From Dimorphilus gyrociliatus (taxonomy: Eukaryota > Animalia > Annelida): a DNA stretch of 64,000 nt. Below are positions 41,501 to 53,833 of this stretch, piece by piece. Under the pieces are notes generated by a model. It was not told where the DNA came from. It saw only the letters and a list, made by a program, of their open reading frames with translations, and searched no databases. Position numbers and translations under genes: made by a program. The stretch covers positions 1,240,001-1,304,000 of the forward strand of contig CAJFCJ010000010.1 of the NCBI GenBank assembly GCA_904063045.1, written 5' to 3'. Within the stretch, counting starts at the first letter, position 1, and every line of letters begins with the position of its first letter.

Positions 41501-44500
41501 TAATGATAATCTTAGAGATTAGTGGAATAAGGGAGAAAAAAATTAAATTAAAGATTAATAAAGAAGAGATTATTTGTAAAGATTCGAGATGAATGATGAA
41601 GCATTATAGAAATTGATGAGATGGGTCGCTATCTACGATAAAATTGCTTCAATATAGTTTCTTCATCAGTTTGATTAAATGACATATATGTTGTTGGGAT
41701 TCTTTCTTTTAGGATGGGGATTCATGAAACTTAAAAATCTGTGATATTTTCTATTCTACTAGGAAAAGAGCTCAGTAACTAGTTTAAAAGGAGTAAAAAT
41801 TCTCTTAGGATAATAAGAGAATAAATGTCATTTCCGTAAATTTTAACAAATTAATAAGCAATTTTTTAATGCTAATTAGATTCATAAACGCATTGAGTTA
41901 CCAATTTTTTTTTAGTTTTCCAGTATTTTATGTTATAAAATTAGCATCATTTATTATTCCAATTGTCAAATAAAATATCACCTAAGCTTCCTTTTAATAC
42001 AACAACCAGATGTATTCACCATTGTGTTTTTACAATACTCGACTATTTATCTTACAGTATAAATTGACAAATCGCAGAAATACAGCATAATAAGAACGAT
42101 TTTCTGAGAAAACTATAAAAAAAACGTCACTTGGACTTTAACAGCCAAGACTTTCATTAAATATTGCATGAAATAGATATATATCTGTAGGGTATATAAT
42201 ATACAGTCTATGTACATAAGCCAGTTAAGCTGGGTAGAAAATTAAGTACACTCATATACTCCTTTTAAGAGCTTAGCAAAATTCATATTGATGATATTGA
42301 TAAACTCATAAGCGAATTGGTGGTTGTTTCTTTATAGTTCAGAATGCATGGAATAAAGGTCCATTTGCTCCTTACCTTTCCTTTCTATACTCTTAAATAT
42401 TGTTAGCAATAAAATGCTTTTGAGATGAAGACTACGAATGCATCTAATATTTTAACCTTAACCTCATATAAAACCCTAGATCTTTGTAAAAGAACTAGAA
42501 AAGCGTTACTAACGAAAAAACTTGATATAAGTTTGATATGAAATTGTCAACATACCAGGAAACATAAATATTTAATTAAACTGAACAATTTTTCTTTTTA
42601 GTTGTTCTACTTATTTGAAAACTACTTTTTTTTGCTTGGTATTAAATTATTACATTGTCATGCTTTGTTAACTATTCGTATTGACTTGGTTTAAGGTTTA
42701 TAAGCTTTCCATGAGGTTTCGTGAATAATTAGACTAATTGGGTGAATCTTCAATGCTCTAATACAAGAATAGCGCAATTTTTTAGCATAATTTAAACAAA
42801 TTATTCATTTTAAGAGATATTTATATATATATTGTTATACAAGTATTTTTCGTTGTTAACTATGAATAATAAATGTAAAATTTCCAAGAATTTCAAAGAA
42901 AAGATATGATAAAGAAAACTAAAAAAGAAATACTTAATATTATACTCTTTCTATTACGAATTCAATAATTATTACAAATACTTTTATCCGGTTATTCCAC
43001 TCTAAAATGAATTTCTTACTTAAGAAGAGTACCTAACCTAATCTTTTTAGCTGCAAAGTTTGCAACTGATGTTGATCCAAACTTACTTTACAAATAAGAA
43101 AAATTCAATTTAACGTATTTCGTTCATAGTAAACGAACCGGAAATTGACTGAAATATATATGCATAATAATTTATTCTCACCTACAATAAACTATAAAAA
43201 AAAAAAAGCCGAATTGAAAAAATATCAATTTATATTATTTTTTATCCTTTGATGTTAAACTTCATTGGAAAATAAGACAGAATCAGAAAAGAGAGTTACA
43301 ACGACTTGGCACCTATCCAGAGAAGTATGCTGTAAGCGTTTTTTTTTTGTAAGGCGAATACGTGTTTTATCAAATGACGATTTCCAAATTACCTCCATTA
43401 TCCTGATGCTTTCCTCTCTTTTCCTTTACATTTTATTATCTAATCGAATTGATAAGATATAAGGTTATTTTTCTTTTTATGTTGTATCTATAATGTTTAC
43501 TATTTTTGTTCCTTATTTAAGATTTTCCCATTCCAGTTCTATCATTTAATTTATTCTTGCATTTCTGAAAAAATTTTAAAAGAGTAATCAATTAAAAAAT
43601 TAAATTAAAACATAAAAAATCTATATATTTGTAACAAAAATTTGATGCATTTCTTTTTTCATCATCAGTGAAATTACCCTAATTCAATTTTTTCTCTTTA
43701 CTTATTGATTATCATTATTATTGGATAGAGAGAAAGGTGAATAAAGCACTTTAATAAAAAATTGTCAAGCATTTCTAGAGAAACATCATTTAAAAAGTAA
43801 TTAACATAGTAATTATATAAAGTAAAGGTATATCCGCTTCTATTATTCAACTAAAGAATAGATTTATTGTTATTATTATAAAATCCTTTTTAATTAAGAT
43901 AAACTATTATTCATTTATAGTTATTATGAAAGTTCCTTAGAGGTTAATGCTCTACTTGTTTTTTCGACTATTGACTGATGTAACGCATTTTTCAATGAAA
44001 ATATTAGCAATTAGCAATTTATTCTACTCTTTTTTAGCTATTGATTAAAAATTTCCACGAATTACATATTCTATCTTCTGATTTATGGATTATTGTATGC
44101 CAGGGGAGAAAAAAAATGATAAAATTAGAAATGAATACTATCTATCATTAACTAAGAATGGTTAAAGAAATAAGTATCTCTTTGAATAAATCTATTAATA
44201 AATACGAAAGAATTATAGTATAATACACTTTATAATATGTATAAAATTATGCAACAAATTAATGCATTGAGTTATGGAAAGTTTTAAGTACTCACCCTCA
44301 TTGCAAAATATATACTTCAAAGCATCATTATAAAGCATTGGTACTTGTAATATTTTGATTATTGATTCGCTCTTATACATACTGTTATCTATCCATTAAT
44401 TTATTGTAGACAGCATTCTCTTACAGTTGCAATCATAACATGATTTTCCATTATAAATGGAAAAAAATTAACATGTTGTTTAAGTAATGAAATTGCCAAA

Positions 44501-46122
44501 CATTTTAATTTTAAATTGTATAGAGAAGCGGTTTTTTGTGCCTATTCTTTTCCTGGTTTCCCATTCAAAAATATTCATTCATCACCCATTTTCCATTATC
44601 TCTTTCAGTAGGTAATCAAACTACAAACGTAATTTATTTTATTTCTGGGTTTTACCTGTTACATTCGCTAACGTATGGCTTTTAAACTATATAATTAACA
44701 GTATTAAATGAAATACACCTAATTTCCTTTTTAATAGATATTTTGCTGATATCATCCTTTCCAGCATCTTAATTTTTGATGCTGTTAGCAAATTTTAATA
44801 AAAGCTTAGTAATGGTTAATGAATACTTAAGAAAATTTATTAGTTTACATACACCTTATTTATCTTATTCATTTGTTATACTATGTTAGAAGGCTGCTGC
44901 AATATTAGATAAAACAATGAGATAGAATTAAGCTCATATTATAGTGCGTTTCGGTTCGTTTATTAAATTCTTTCGTCTACCTAATATTTAGATTAAATAA
45001 CATAATTGCCTGAGAAACTGGCATTTACAAGAAAAGCGTAATTCTGTAGACATTCAGTGTCTACAACAAATACTAAAATCTAAATTATTGGACATTTTCA
45101 TTGAAAATGAATGCAATTATTATAAAAACACTATTGAAGTCTTTTATGTAAAAAGAAGAAGAGATGAAAATTCTTGATCAATATCTATGTACCAATTAGG
45201 ATAAAAAAATCTGCCCACTAGAAGCAAATTTTTATCAATTGATAAAAAAGAAAGCAGAATTGCAATAAATGTATAAATGGAGGTTATTTTTTATTCTTAA
45301 TGTATCTAATTAGCAAATGTATCCACCTCGTTGTCTAGAAAAATTATTGGTAGATTGTTTCAAGAAAACGGAATACAATTAGAGAAAAATTCAGTCGCTT
45401 GATGACAACTCAGCGCATCCTCTTGCTAACGGTTACTTTGCGTGCCGGTTAAACCTTCTATTAGTAAGAGGTTTGTAAAGGAAAAAAAAACATCTTCTTT
45501 ACTACATTATTACTAAATACTTTAAGAATGTGATATCAACAGGTGTCCTTATACTAAGAGCAAAACGTAAAAATAATATAGAAATCTATTGATTGTCCTT
45601 TAAATGTGTTTGTCTGATTTTTTAATTATGAATCTTGTAAGGCTCATTTTCGGGTTATAACCGTTAATTTAACGTGAAAAAGTTCAATCAAACGCGAATT
45701 TTAACTTACATTTCCTTAGTAATAAAGCTATTGATAATAAAATTTACTTAGTAAAATGAAAGATTAGAAAGTGGTCGGTCTGACCATTCATAAAAAATAA
45801 ATAGTATTTCTATTAGGTAGATGCATTTATATCTAATAATTTATTTCTTTCTTTTTCGTCGTTAGGGAGAATGTATAAGATGACTCTCTGCCCTCAAACC
45901 AAGGCTAATAACACTACTAATAATGGAATTGAATTGAATATCATTCGACATAATGGTTCTGATGAAATTGAGACCAAACCAAAAAAGTGCGATTGTTTGC
46001 CTTTAATTGTTGGTACGTCTCTCAGTAGACGACGCAAACAACATCAGCAACTACAAATTGAGATGACAGAAGACGAGACAAGGCATACAGCTTGTTTTGA
46101 CCATAAAAACAACTATAAATGA
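38537..46122 (+). CDS. Somatostatin/allatostatin-C/opioid-receptor-like class A GPCR, paralog 1, about 396 aa
   Basis: Exons 38537-39037, 40111-40543, 45866-46122. GFIGNILV, NYILNLAFADMLFILTMPF, WCKI, SFDRYLA, ECL2 CKIEWP, FGLIFP, LHTP, YINSALNPILY, NENFR|RMYKMTLCP. Confidence 0.9.
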
Positions 46123-46417
46123 CAAGTGCTGCCATCTGTTTAACCAAAAAGGTGTATCATTGTGTTTTGTATATATATATGAGATATATAAAATGTATCT
46201 TATTACTGACATTCTCCGTGAAGCTTTTCTTGATTTCTTCCCTCACTTCATTTAACCATACGTCACAATCCATTCGTCAATCCATCTGTACATCTGTCTG
46301 CTTCTCATTCTGTTTCCATTAAACGTATGTGATTTTTGGTTTAATTACAATCAGACCTTTCTTTAAGATGGTTTGTTCCTAAACACTACACATACGCAAA
46401 ATACTAATATATATATA

Positions 46418-46422
<5 letters not shown>

Positions 46423-46462
<40 letters not shown>
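46423..46462. repeat. (TA)n microsatellite downstream of the GPCR paralog 1 stop codon
   Basis: About 20 TA units; the source of the spurious YIYIYI ORFs. Confidence 0.95.
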
Positions 46463-46466
<4 letters not shown>

Positions 46467-47798
46467 TATGCTTTATTGTTACATATGTTATCAAGTTCTT
46501 TTGCTCAAAGGCATACATGCTGTTGTTAAAACTTGCAAATAATGTAAAAAAGGGGCAGATTGATGAACTAGGAATGCTGACAAGTATATAGTATATACTG
46601 TATGTATATAAAATATACTCCTTTATTCCCAGTATACGCAATACCGTAAGATGGTAAAATATCAAAGAGTTTTTAGACCCAAAATAAGGTAAACAACTTC
46701 CGGATTACTTTCATTTATATACAATAATGTGATATTTTTCAATATTTATATTATAATGCATATTTATAGCCCATAAAAACTAAACTAAAGATCTTAGGCC
46801 TATAATTCTATTTTTAATGATAGCTTTTTTTTGCCACTTCTTCTAGATTTATTTCCAATTAGATTGTTTTATTTACACTAACTGAAAAAATGCACAGCCT
46901 CATAGGCTATCCATGAATATTTGAATCGAAAAGTTCAATTTTCTTTTGTACTTTGGGCCGACACGAACTTTTTAGTTTTAACATTTCGCTGTTAAATTGT
47001 CTGTTAAGTGCTTTACTGTTGTTAAATTTGCAATACACGGCTTTCCGGTTCAGTTGCTACTTTCTTACCTATCGGTAATCATTTTTGGGTCATACAATTG
47101 TTGTCGATTCTGTTTTCTAAAGAATTGAATCGTTACTTGAATCAATTAGCAACAAAAGATCTCTTTTTTTTCCTTCCATTTCTTCTCGTTTCCCTCCTTC
47201 TTATTTAGTTCATCTTTTACCTTCATTTAAAGTTTAGACGTGTATTTACACTAGCTAAATAATACTCTTTCATAATGATAATTGCCAATAATCAGATAAA
47301 AATAAACCCTCTTTATATTAGTGATTAAAAACTATCAAAGATAATTACGCAAGCTCGGTTTATTTCTTAAGAAAAAAGAAATGACAGTCATAAGCATGTA
47401 CGCTTTGAATATCTTCCAAGAGATTATTAATATTGCTACTGAGTAATTTAATAATATATTTTTTATTTTTTTTATCTCGTTTACTCCCGAATAGAATCAA
47501 TTTTCAATGTGGAAAACAACAAGAATAAAATCTGTTTTTAAAATGAACAGTACTCACGTTTAATATTAAATACAGCTCTTTGTTATATTTTTTGTTTTGT
47601 TTTCATATTGTAGAAATTGTATAAAACAGTAAAATATTAATTTATTTATGTCCTTTTTTTATGTTTCTTTTTTAAGTTTGCACGAATTTTTGTTTATATA
47701 CAGGGCCTCTTTTTTATAGTAACAGTCTTTATATATATATGTATATATATTCCTTTTTTTGATTTTGTTGAATTTCTCTCTTTATCAATTGCTATTAG

Positions 47799-50700
47799 TT
47801 ATGAACATTTAGCAATTTCTCGTTTAATCGCCTTCTCCAAGTTAACTTTGTCGCCCAGGTGATGAACACCAATTTCCTGCAGTTCGTCTCTACCTAAATC
47901 GGCTAAAACTGTACCATTTATTTTGTGATATACAAAGTTTTCTTTATATTCGCTCATTTGAATGCGATCTAACCAATCCGCTACGTCAACAATTGACCAA
48001 TCATTTATTGTCTTATCCGGTTCCATACTGGATAAAGTTGATAGTGTAGAGAGAGACGATACGACGCTGGCAGTCTCTCCATCATCTATGGAACAATCAA
48101 AGAGGGGTGGAGGAGGTATTATATCGATATTCATTAAATCGCTATTAGATGCAAGAAATTCAGGGGGAGGGGGTGGTAGGTCAGAGAGTGAGAAAGGCTT
48201 TTGTGATGCTTCAGAGTTGCTGCTCTCAATAGAAGATGATCTGGATAATTTCTGATATCTAAGAGGTTTTGGCGGAATAACTGGTGGTTTGGAATCCTTC
48301 CTCTCTTCTAGACGCTTCTCAATCTTCTCTAATTTAGCCATCCTTTCAATTCGCCTCTTTTCCATGTCACCAAACGCAGATTTTATGTCAATCTCAAGGG
48401 ATCGACTTTTAAGTATACTCTTGGGTTTTGGTTCAGAATTTGGAGATGGAGCCGGATAGTTTGGTGGAGGAGGTATTAATGGTGGTGTGGGCGGAGCTTC
48501 ATTGGGCCTTGGTGGTATAGAGGTCTCACTATATCGTCTCCTTTCGACATGCTTTCTTCTGTAAAACTCGGAATCGCTTTTCCTTCCTTTAGTATTTAAA
48601 TCATCCAAATGCTCGTAGACACTAGACTCCATTCGAACTATAGTTAAAATGATCTTTTCTGTCGACGAATTTATCAGACTTATCACTTCTTCGTGACTCC
48701 CTCTGGAAACGTCGACAGTGTTTATTTCCTTTATGTAATCGTTTGCTTTTAAACCAGCAAGATCTGCAGGACTATCAGGTTCAATTCTATAAACGTACTG
48801 AAGAAATGGTTGCTGAGATTTTTCCGAGCTACTTAGCCCATTAGCTGTGACGGTTGAAATAAAATTTGGTTATAGTTGCTTATGAATAAATTTGCTAATA
48901 ATCCTCTTTTTTTAGTAAACCAGTTAATCACACCTATGAACTCAACGGGTAGATAATTAATGCAGTCATTGATTTTTTTTTGTGTTGCTACGCTGATAAT
49001 CGATTAGCCTATAATTTTTCATTATAGTCAAATGAAAACTGGTCGATTAAAAAACTACATGACAAATACACTGGATACTTTCAGTAGCAGAAAAAAATTT
49101 AATTTTTCCCATTTACTCTACGTTCGATTATTATGCTTTCTTCTTTAATCTTTGTACTATCAAAGCCTATTCAAATAGCAAAACAGACCCTTTTTTCACT
49201 TTACCATTTATATATATGCCTATATTTACTATATTTTCTCTACTTGAAGTTTTCAATTCATTTTATTTTCGTATACTTTACTTTGCTATGAGATCAAGTC
49301 AAAATTATTAAAATAGCGTATTTAAACTTTTGGTGAGATTATTTCTTTCTTTCAATGTAAAATACAATCGTAATAAGAATATAAAACTTGCTTAATTCGA
49401 AACCAAATAGCAACTAATTTTCTCTATTTATACTACAGACAATTATAATATTTTTCCTCTGGGCTGTGTATCTTAAAAAATGGTATTTCGAATGTTCTTG
49501 TTCTCTTTATATTTCTTTTTGTAAATAAATAAAAAAAATACTATATTTCTTTCTTAGTGATATCGTTTTACGGACAAGATCAAGGACAGGTGTTTTAAGT
49601 ATTTTCTATGTATTATTTGATTAAACTTTTACTGGATATAAATAAAAATAAAAAACATCCTTAAAATATCTACTTCGTGATCCAGTTAACTGACACGATT
49701 GTAGTACGATTTCTGAAATCGTAAAACATGTAAAAAAAAAAAATAAGACATAAGCTGTCATCTCAAGCTTTGGACGTCTCTTCTGCCTTTTCCTAAATTG
49801 TTCTTTCAGATTGGAAATTTTCTTACCCTTTTTAAGAGTAATACTGAAAAATGAAGGGTACTTTCTCCCTTCCTAATAGTACAATAAAAATTTGCCGCCC
49901 CTGCATTTTTGCGGTAAAGGGAAAAAAAAATTATATTTGTTCCCTTTCGAAGTGTCACGCAAATGAATAATATTTTTCTAATATTTTATATACTTTGTTA
50001 GCTTTTCGTTCAAGAATTCAATATTTAAATACCACGCAGTTGTTGATTCATTTTTATGCAACATGACACAACAGATGCATTGTTAAAATAATTCTTATAT
50101 ACAAATAAATGTATCTATCTATCTTTCACATTAACAAGCAGAATGTCTTTTTTTCAATAACTAATCCCTTCAAAATGTATTGGAATTTTCTATTGAAAAA
50201 ACTCCAAAGAGGTAAAAAAGTAAAATATCATACTATATAACCATTTACTAATCTTTATAGAGGCTTTTGATAAAGATCTCTCTTTCTTAGAGTAAGTAGC
50301 TCATTGCTTAGAAAATTGCATTCAATACTGCTAAAATACTTGATTAAAACTGTTATATAAAATCAATTTCACCTATGCTAGGAAAAAGAGCTCCAATCAA
50401 GTCTTTAAATAGAATTGAATAAATACATCAAGAAGAGAAGAATTGTTAATATTCGCACCCAAGCCTATTTATAACCAACGGAAAAGTGTTTGTAAACTTT
50501 AATATCCTCTTACTAAGGTATTTTAACGTAATACAATCGTTTTTTTTTATACTTTTTGTTGAAAATTTCTTTAACGAATGGAAGATAGTTTTGAAACTTA
50601 CCTTTAAGTCCTCGAACAATGAAACCGTAGCCTTGAGCATTTTTCCGTATTAAAATTGTTTTTGAACTTGAATTTACTCGTCTGAAGAAAGGAAAATGAT

Positions 50701-51232
50701 CTTAAAATTACTAATTAACATAATAACAGTGTCTTCTATCCTTTTTATGTTTCCTGTAAACACCAACTTTTCCTACAGGTTTAAATTTTCATTTGGCCTT
50801 CCCTAATAACTACATTTTCAGTCGACACATAAAAATCATACAGGCCTATATCAATAAATAGGAACTCTAGAGAACTGTTTATTACCTGAACTTAGGTAGT
50901 CTGGGAATTGTAAAGAAAATAACGGATTCTTTGTTTACATCCACCAAATTTGGAACGCTTTTTGACCTAATTATTGTAGTCTTGTCCCTTTTTCTGCGAA
51001 CTCTTTTGGGATATTTTTGTATAACGTCGATAGGAGTATCTTTGCCGATATCATAATTTATTTCCTGTTTTAAGACACATTTCCTTATCCTTCTATCAAA
51101 TCGTCCGCAGATACCGTCAGAGTGGGCGCTCAAAGTCGGGATTCTCGAAAATTGAAAGTGTTTTAACACTATTTTATGTCTCTCATCAGTCCATGTTCTA
51201 TCAACAAATACTTCCTCCGGCATTTTTTTCAT
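47799..51232 (-). CDS. SHANK: Short Shank-like scaffold (PDZ, proline-rich region, SAM), about 490 aa
   Basis: Exons 51232-50886, 50681-50602, 48844-47799, in frame. PDZ GYGFIVRGLK..PFLQYVYRIEPDSPADLAGLKANDYIKEIN (Shank GFGFVLRGAK..PALQYL); Homer-type PPxxF (LPPPPPEF, PPPPLF); cortactin-type KPPVIPPKP; C-terminal SAM WSIVDVADWLDRIQM..INGTVL..IGVHHLGDKVNLEKAIK. Confidence 0.85.
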
Positions 51233-51246
51233 GGGTTTTCCGAATA

Positions 51247-51497
51247 CTAAGCGTTCATATCAAATAAAATGGCGACGTCACATACTATCCAGGTGTAGTA
51301 CTCTCTGATTCAGAAAATGACGCGTGCCGTTTATACGGTTTTAAAAGGTACGGGAAATCGATTGCCGTATTGAAGTCGCTATTGTTCGCAAATAGATGGC
51401 GTACTTGTAGTCGGAGAAAGTTTAATACTTACCCTATTTTAAGTTTAAACGCCTTTAGTTCCTCTGTCAGCGTCTTCCATGAAATGCTTTTGTCCAT
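51247..51497 (-). other. Candidate 5' leader of the Shank-like gene with a spliced 40-codon uORF
   Basis: Strong donor AGG|GTAAGT at 51433 and acceptor TTTTCTGAATCAG| at 51305; joined ORF MDKSISWKTL..DMNA* stops 14 nt before the main ATG. YY1-like AAAATGGCG at about 51266. Confidence 0.35.
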
Positions 51498-52861
51498 GCG
51501 TATATATGGGGATGTATGTAGTGACTGCTATGTAAAATGTAGTATAAATTGATTTCATAGAAGTTTCCATAGAGACGCCTTCAGAGATAGACACACCCAA
51601 GGTCGCATTCATCCATAACATAGTAAAATATTACTTTCTTTTTAAAGAATATTAACATAATAAATCTTAAAATATTATTAATTTTGTTAACCTCTTCCAA
51701 TAATAATTAAGACAAAGGTAAAGGAACAAAGCATCCTTAAAAATCATTTTAATTGTTAATTTATTAGTAATTTATTCTTTAAGTAAATTAGGCTTCCCTT
51801 TTTTCTATTCGTTTTTGTTTTTACTTGGAAACAACTAACTTAAAATAATTTGCGTTCCTCTTCACGTATGTCGAAGGCATTTTCTTTTTTTTTCATTTCT
51901 ATAGTGGCGCCATCTTTTTCGTAAAAGTTCCCGCTTTTGTTCTGCAGTTTTAAGTCCGACACTGGATAGGAATCTTGCGATATCGTAAAGTTTTTTTCTC
52001 TCCTCAAAATACAAGGTAAGAGAATAGTAATATTTCTTCTAATAATTAATTTAGCCTTTATTAGTAATGTTTTGTTTTTTAGGATATGAGATACGAACAT
52101 TTTTTTTTAAATGTAGAAATTTACTAATGTATTTAGATATTTGATTAAAATTTTAGCATTTATATTGAGCAATATTTCGTAAAATTAGGAAAAAAGAGGA
52201 TTAATTAATATGCATATATACAGTATATATGAGTTATATTATATATATATATATATACTGTATATTTTACATATTTAGTTTATACATACAAATATAGATC
52301 TATGTAAACTTTACAGCAACTGTCTTTTGCCAATTCTCCAATTTTCTCTAAATACATTGTACACATATACTGCACATTTACAGTATATTCTAGCTTGTGA
52401 TAGCACAGATCATAGTATTTACAGATATCGAACTAACGACTGATGTTATTACTTAAAAGACAAAAAATTCTTTCTTAAAGAGATTGAAAAGTGGATATAG
52501 ACTTTATGAAAATTTATGATTCAAAGCTTACTAAAATTAGATGAAAACTTGAAGTAACAAAAGAGATAAGAATTTAAAGGAAAGAAAAAAGAATATTTTT
52601 TTATCTTCCATATATTTTTGAGAAGATGAAATGCTCCTTCTTCTTCCACCGAAATTTGTAAAAGATTAAAGTCTTAAGTCTAGCGGAAGTTAGGAGTATG
52701 CGTGAGAGAAATATGAAATTCGAGTAAAAAGGTTGTAAAAGAAAAAATTGGTAGATTGAGAAAGAGAAAATATAAGAAAAATATACAAATTTCGACATAG
52801 TAAAATTACATATGGACACAATGAAAATAAATAAGAAAGGTATAATAATATACTATATACA

Positions 52862-52897
<36 letters not shown>
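52862..52897. repeat. (TA)n microsatellite beginning at a TACAGTA heptamer
   Basis: TACAGTA at 52858-52864 runs into about 17 TA units. Confidence 0.95.
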
Positions 52898-52902
<5 letters not shown>

Positions 52903-53833
52903 AAACTGTAAATGAAAAGTTAACAGGTTAAAGGGTGGGAATTGATATGAATATATCGATTAATTATCTTGACAATATAATTTAAAACCTTTTTGGAAAA
53001 TTTATTAGCTGTTTTTAAGGTTTTAAAAGCTTTGCGGTTGGAGAAAAATACTTACGGGACTGTTATTTCTACAATAATTGAATTTCACGTATGGGTTCAG
53101 TCGGAAACCCTTTAGTAAATGTTACAATTCATCTCATATCTTTTACAGCCTTTTACTTAGAGAAGCTTTGTTGCGACTATTGAACGAGACTTTATTTTTT
53201 TTTCATTTGCTAGTTTTTATCTATATCAATTAAATGTTTATGAATAAAGATTGAAAGTTAAAGAGCAAATTAGATTATTGAATTTTTAATAATACTTGGA
53301 TGAGGTCTATAATTAGATAGGAAGTATTGCAAGATGAAAGAGATTAGGATGTAAAAAAATAACAAACTGAATAGTGAATACTGTAATTAAGAATTTAAAT
53401 TATGGAAGAAAGTGAATAATTTTCCAAAGGTAAGGAAAGTAAAAATTGAAACAATGAGTCTTTACGACAAATGCAAAGTAGACTGTTTCATGCTTATGTA
53501 CTATTTTATCCTCTTTTTTGTAATATATTGTGTCTGTCAATTACATTTATATAAATATATGTGTATCTATATAAATTTATATATACAACATATGTGTATG
53601 TATATATTAACCTCTTTAGGAATGATATAGGTAATTACAAGGAAAATTACAACAATCTTCAGAATAATCTAATTGATTTTCATGTAGTGAATTGCAATAT
53701 CTCTAAAAATCATTTGAGTTTATTCTATTTGAAATTAATGTCAATTTGGAACTTTAGACTATGTAGGTAGAGCTATTTTTAACAATCATTTATACTGTTG
53801 ATTAATTACAGGTCGAAACTATTTAACTGTATC

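Noticed and set aside
46363-46665. ORFs with YIYIYI repeats on both strands
   Set aside because: Translation of a (TA)n microsatellite.
47962-48255. 97-aa plus-strand ORF with Gly runs
   Set aside because: Antisense shadow of the proline-rich Shank-like exon.
49380-49850. Possible PDZ micro-exons ITLKKG and FGFEL for the Shank-like gene
   Set aside because: The true PDZ N-terminal exon is 50681-50602 (GYGFIVRGLK), which splices in phase directly to 48844.
50446-53770. ORF-track entries 50446, 51370, 51840, 52601, 53412 and 53561
   Set aside because: Wrong-frame overlap with a real Shank exon (50446), or AT-rich noise.
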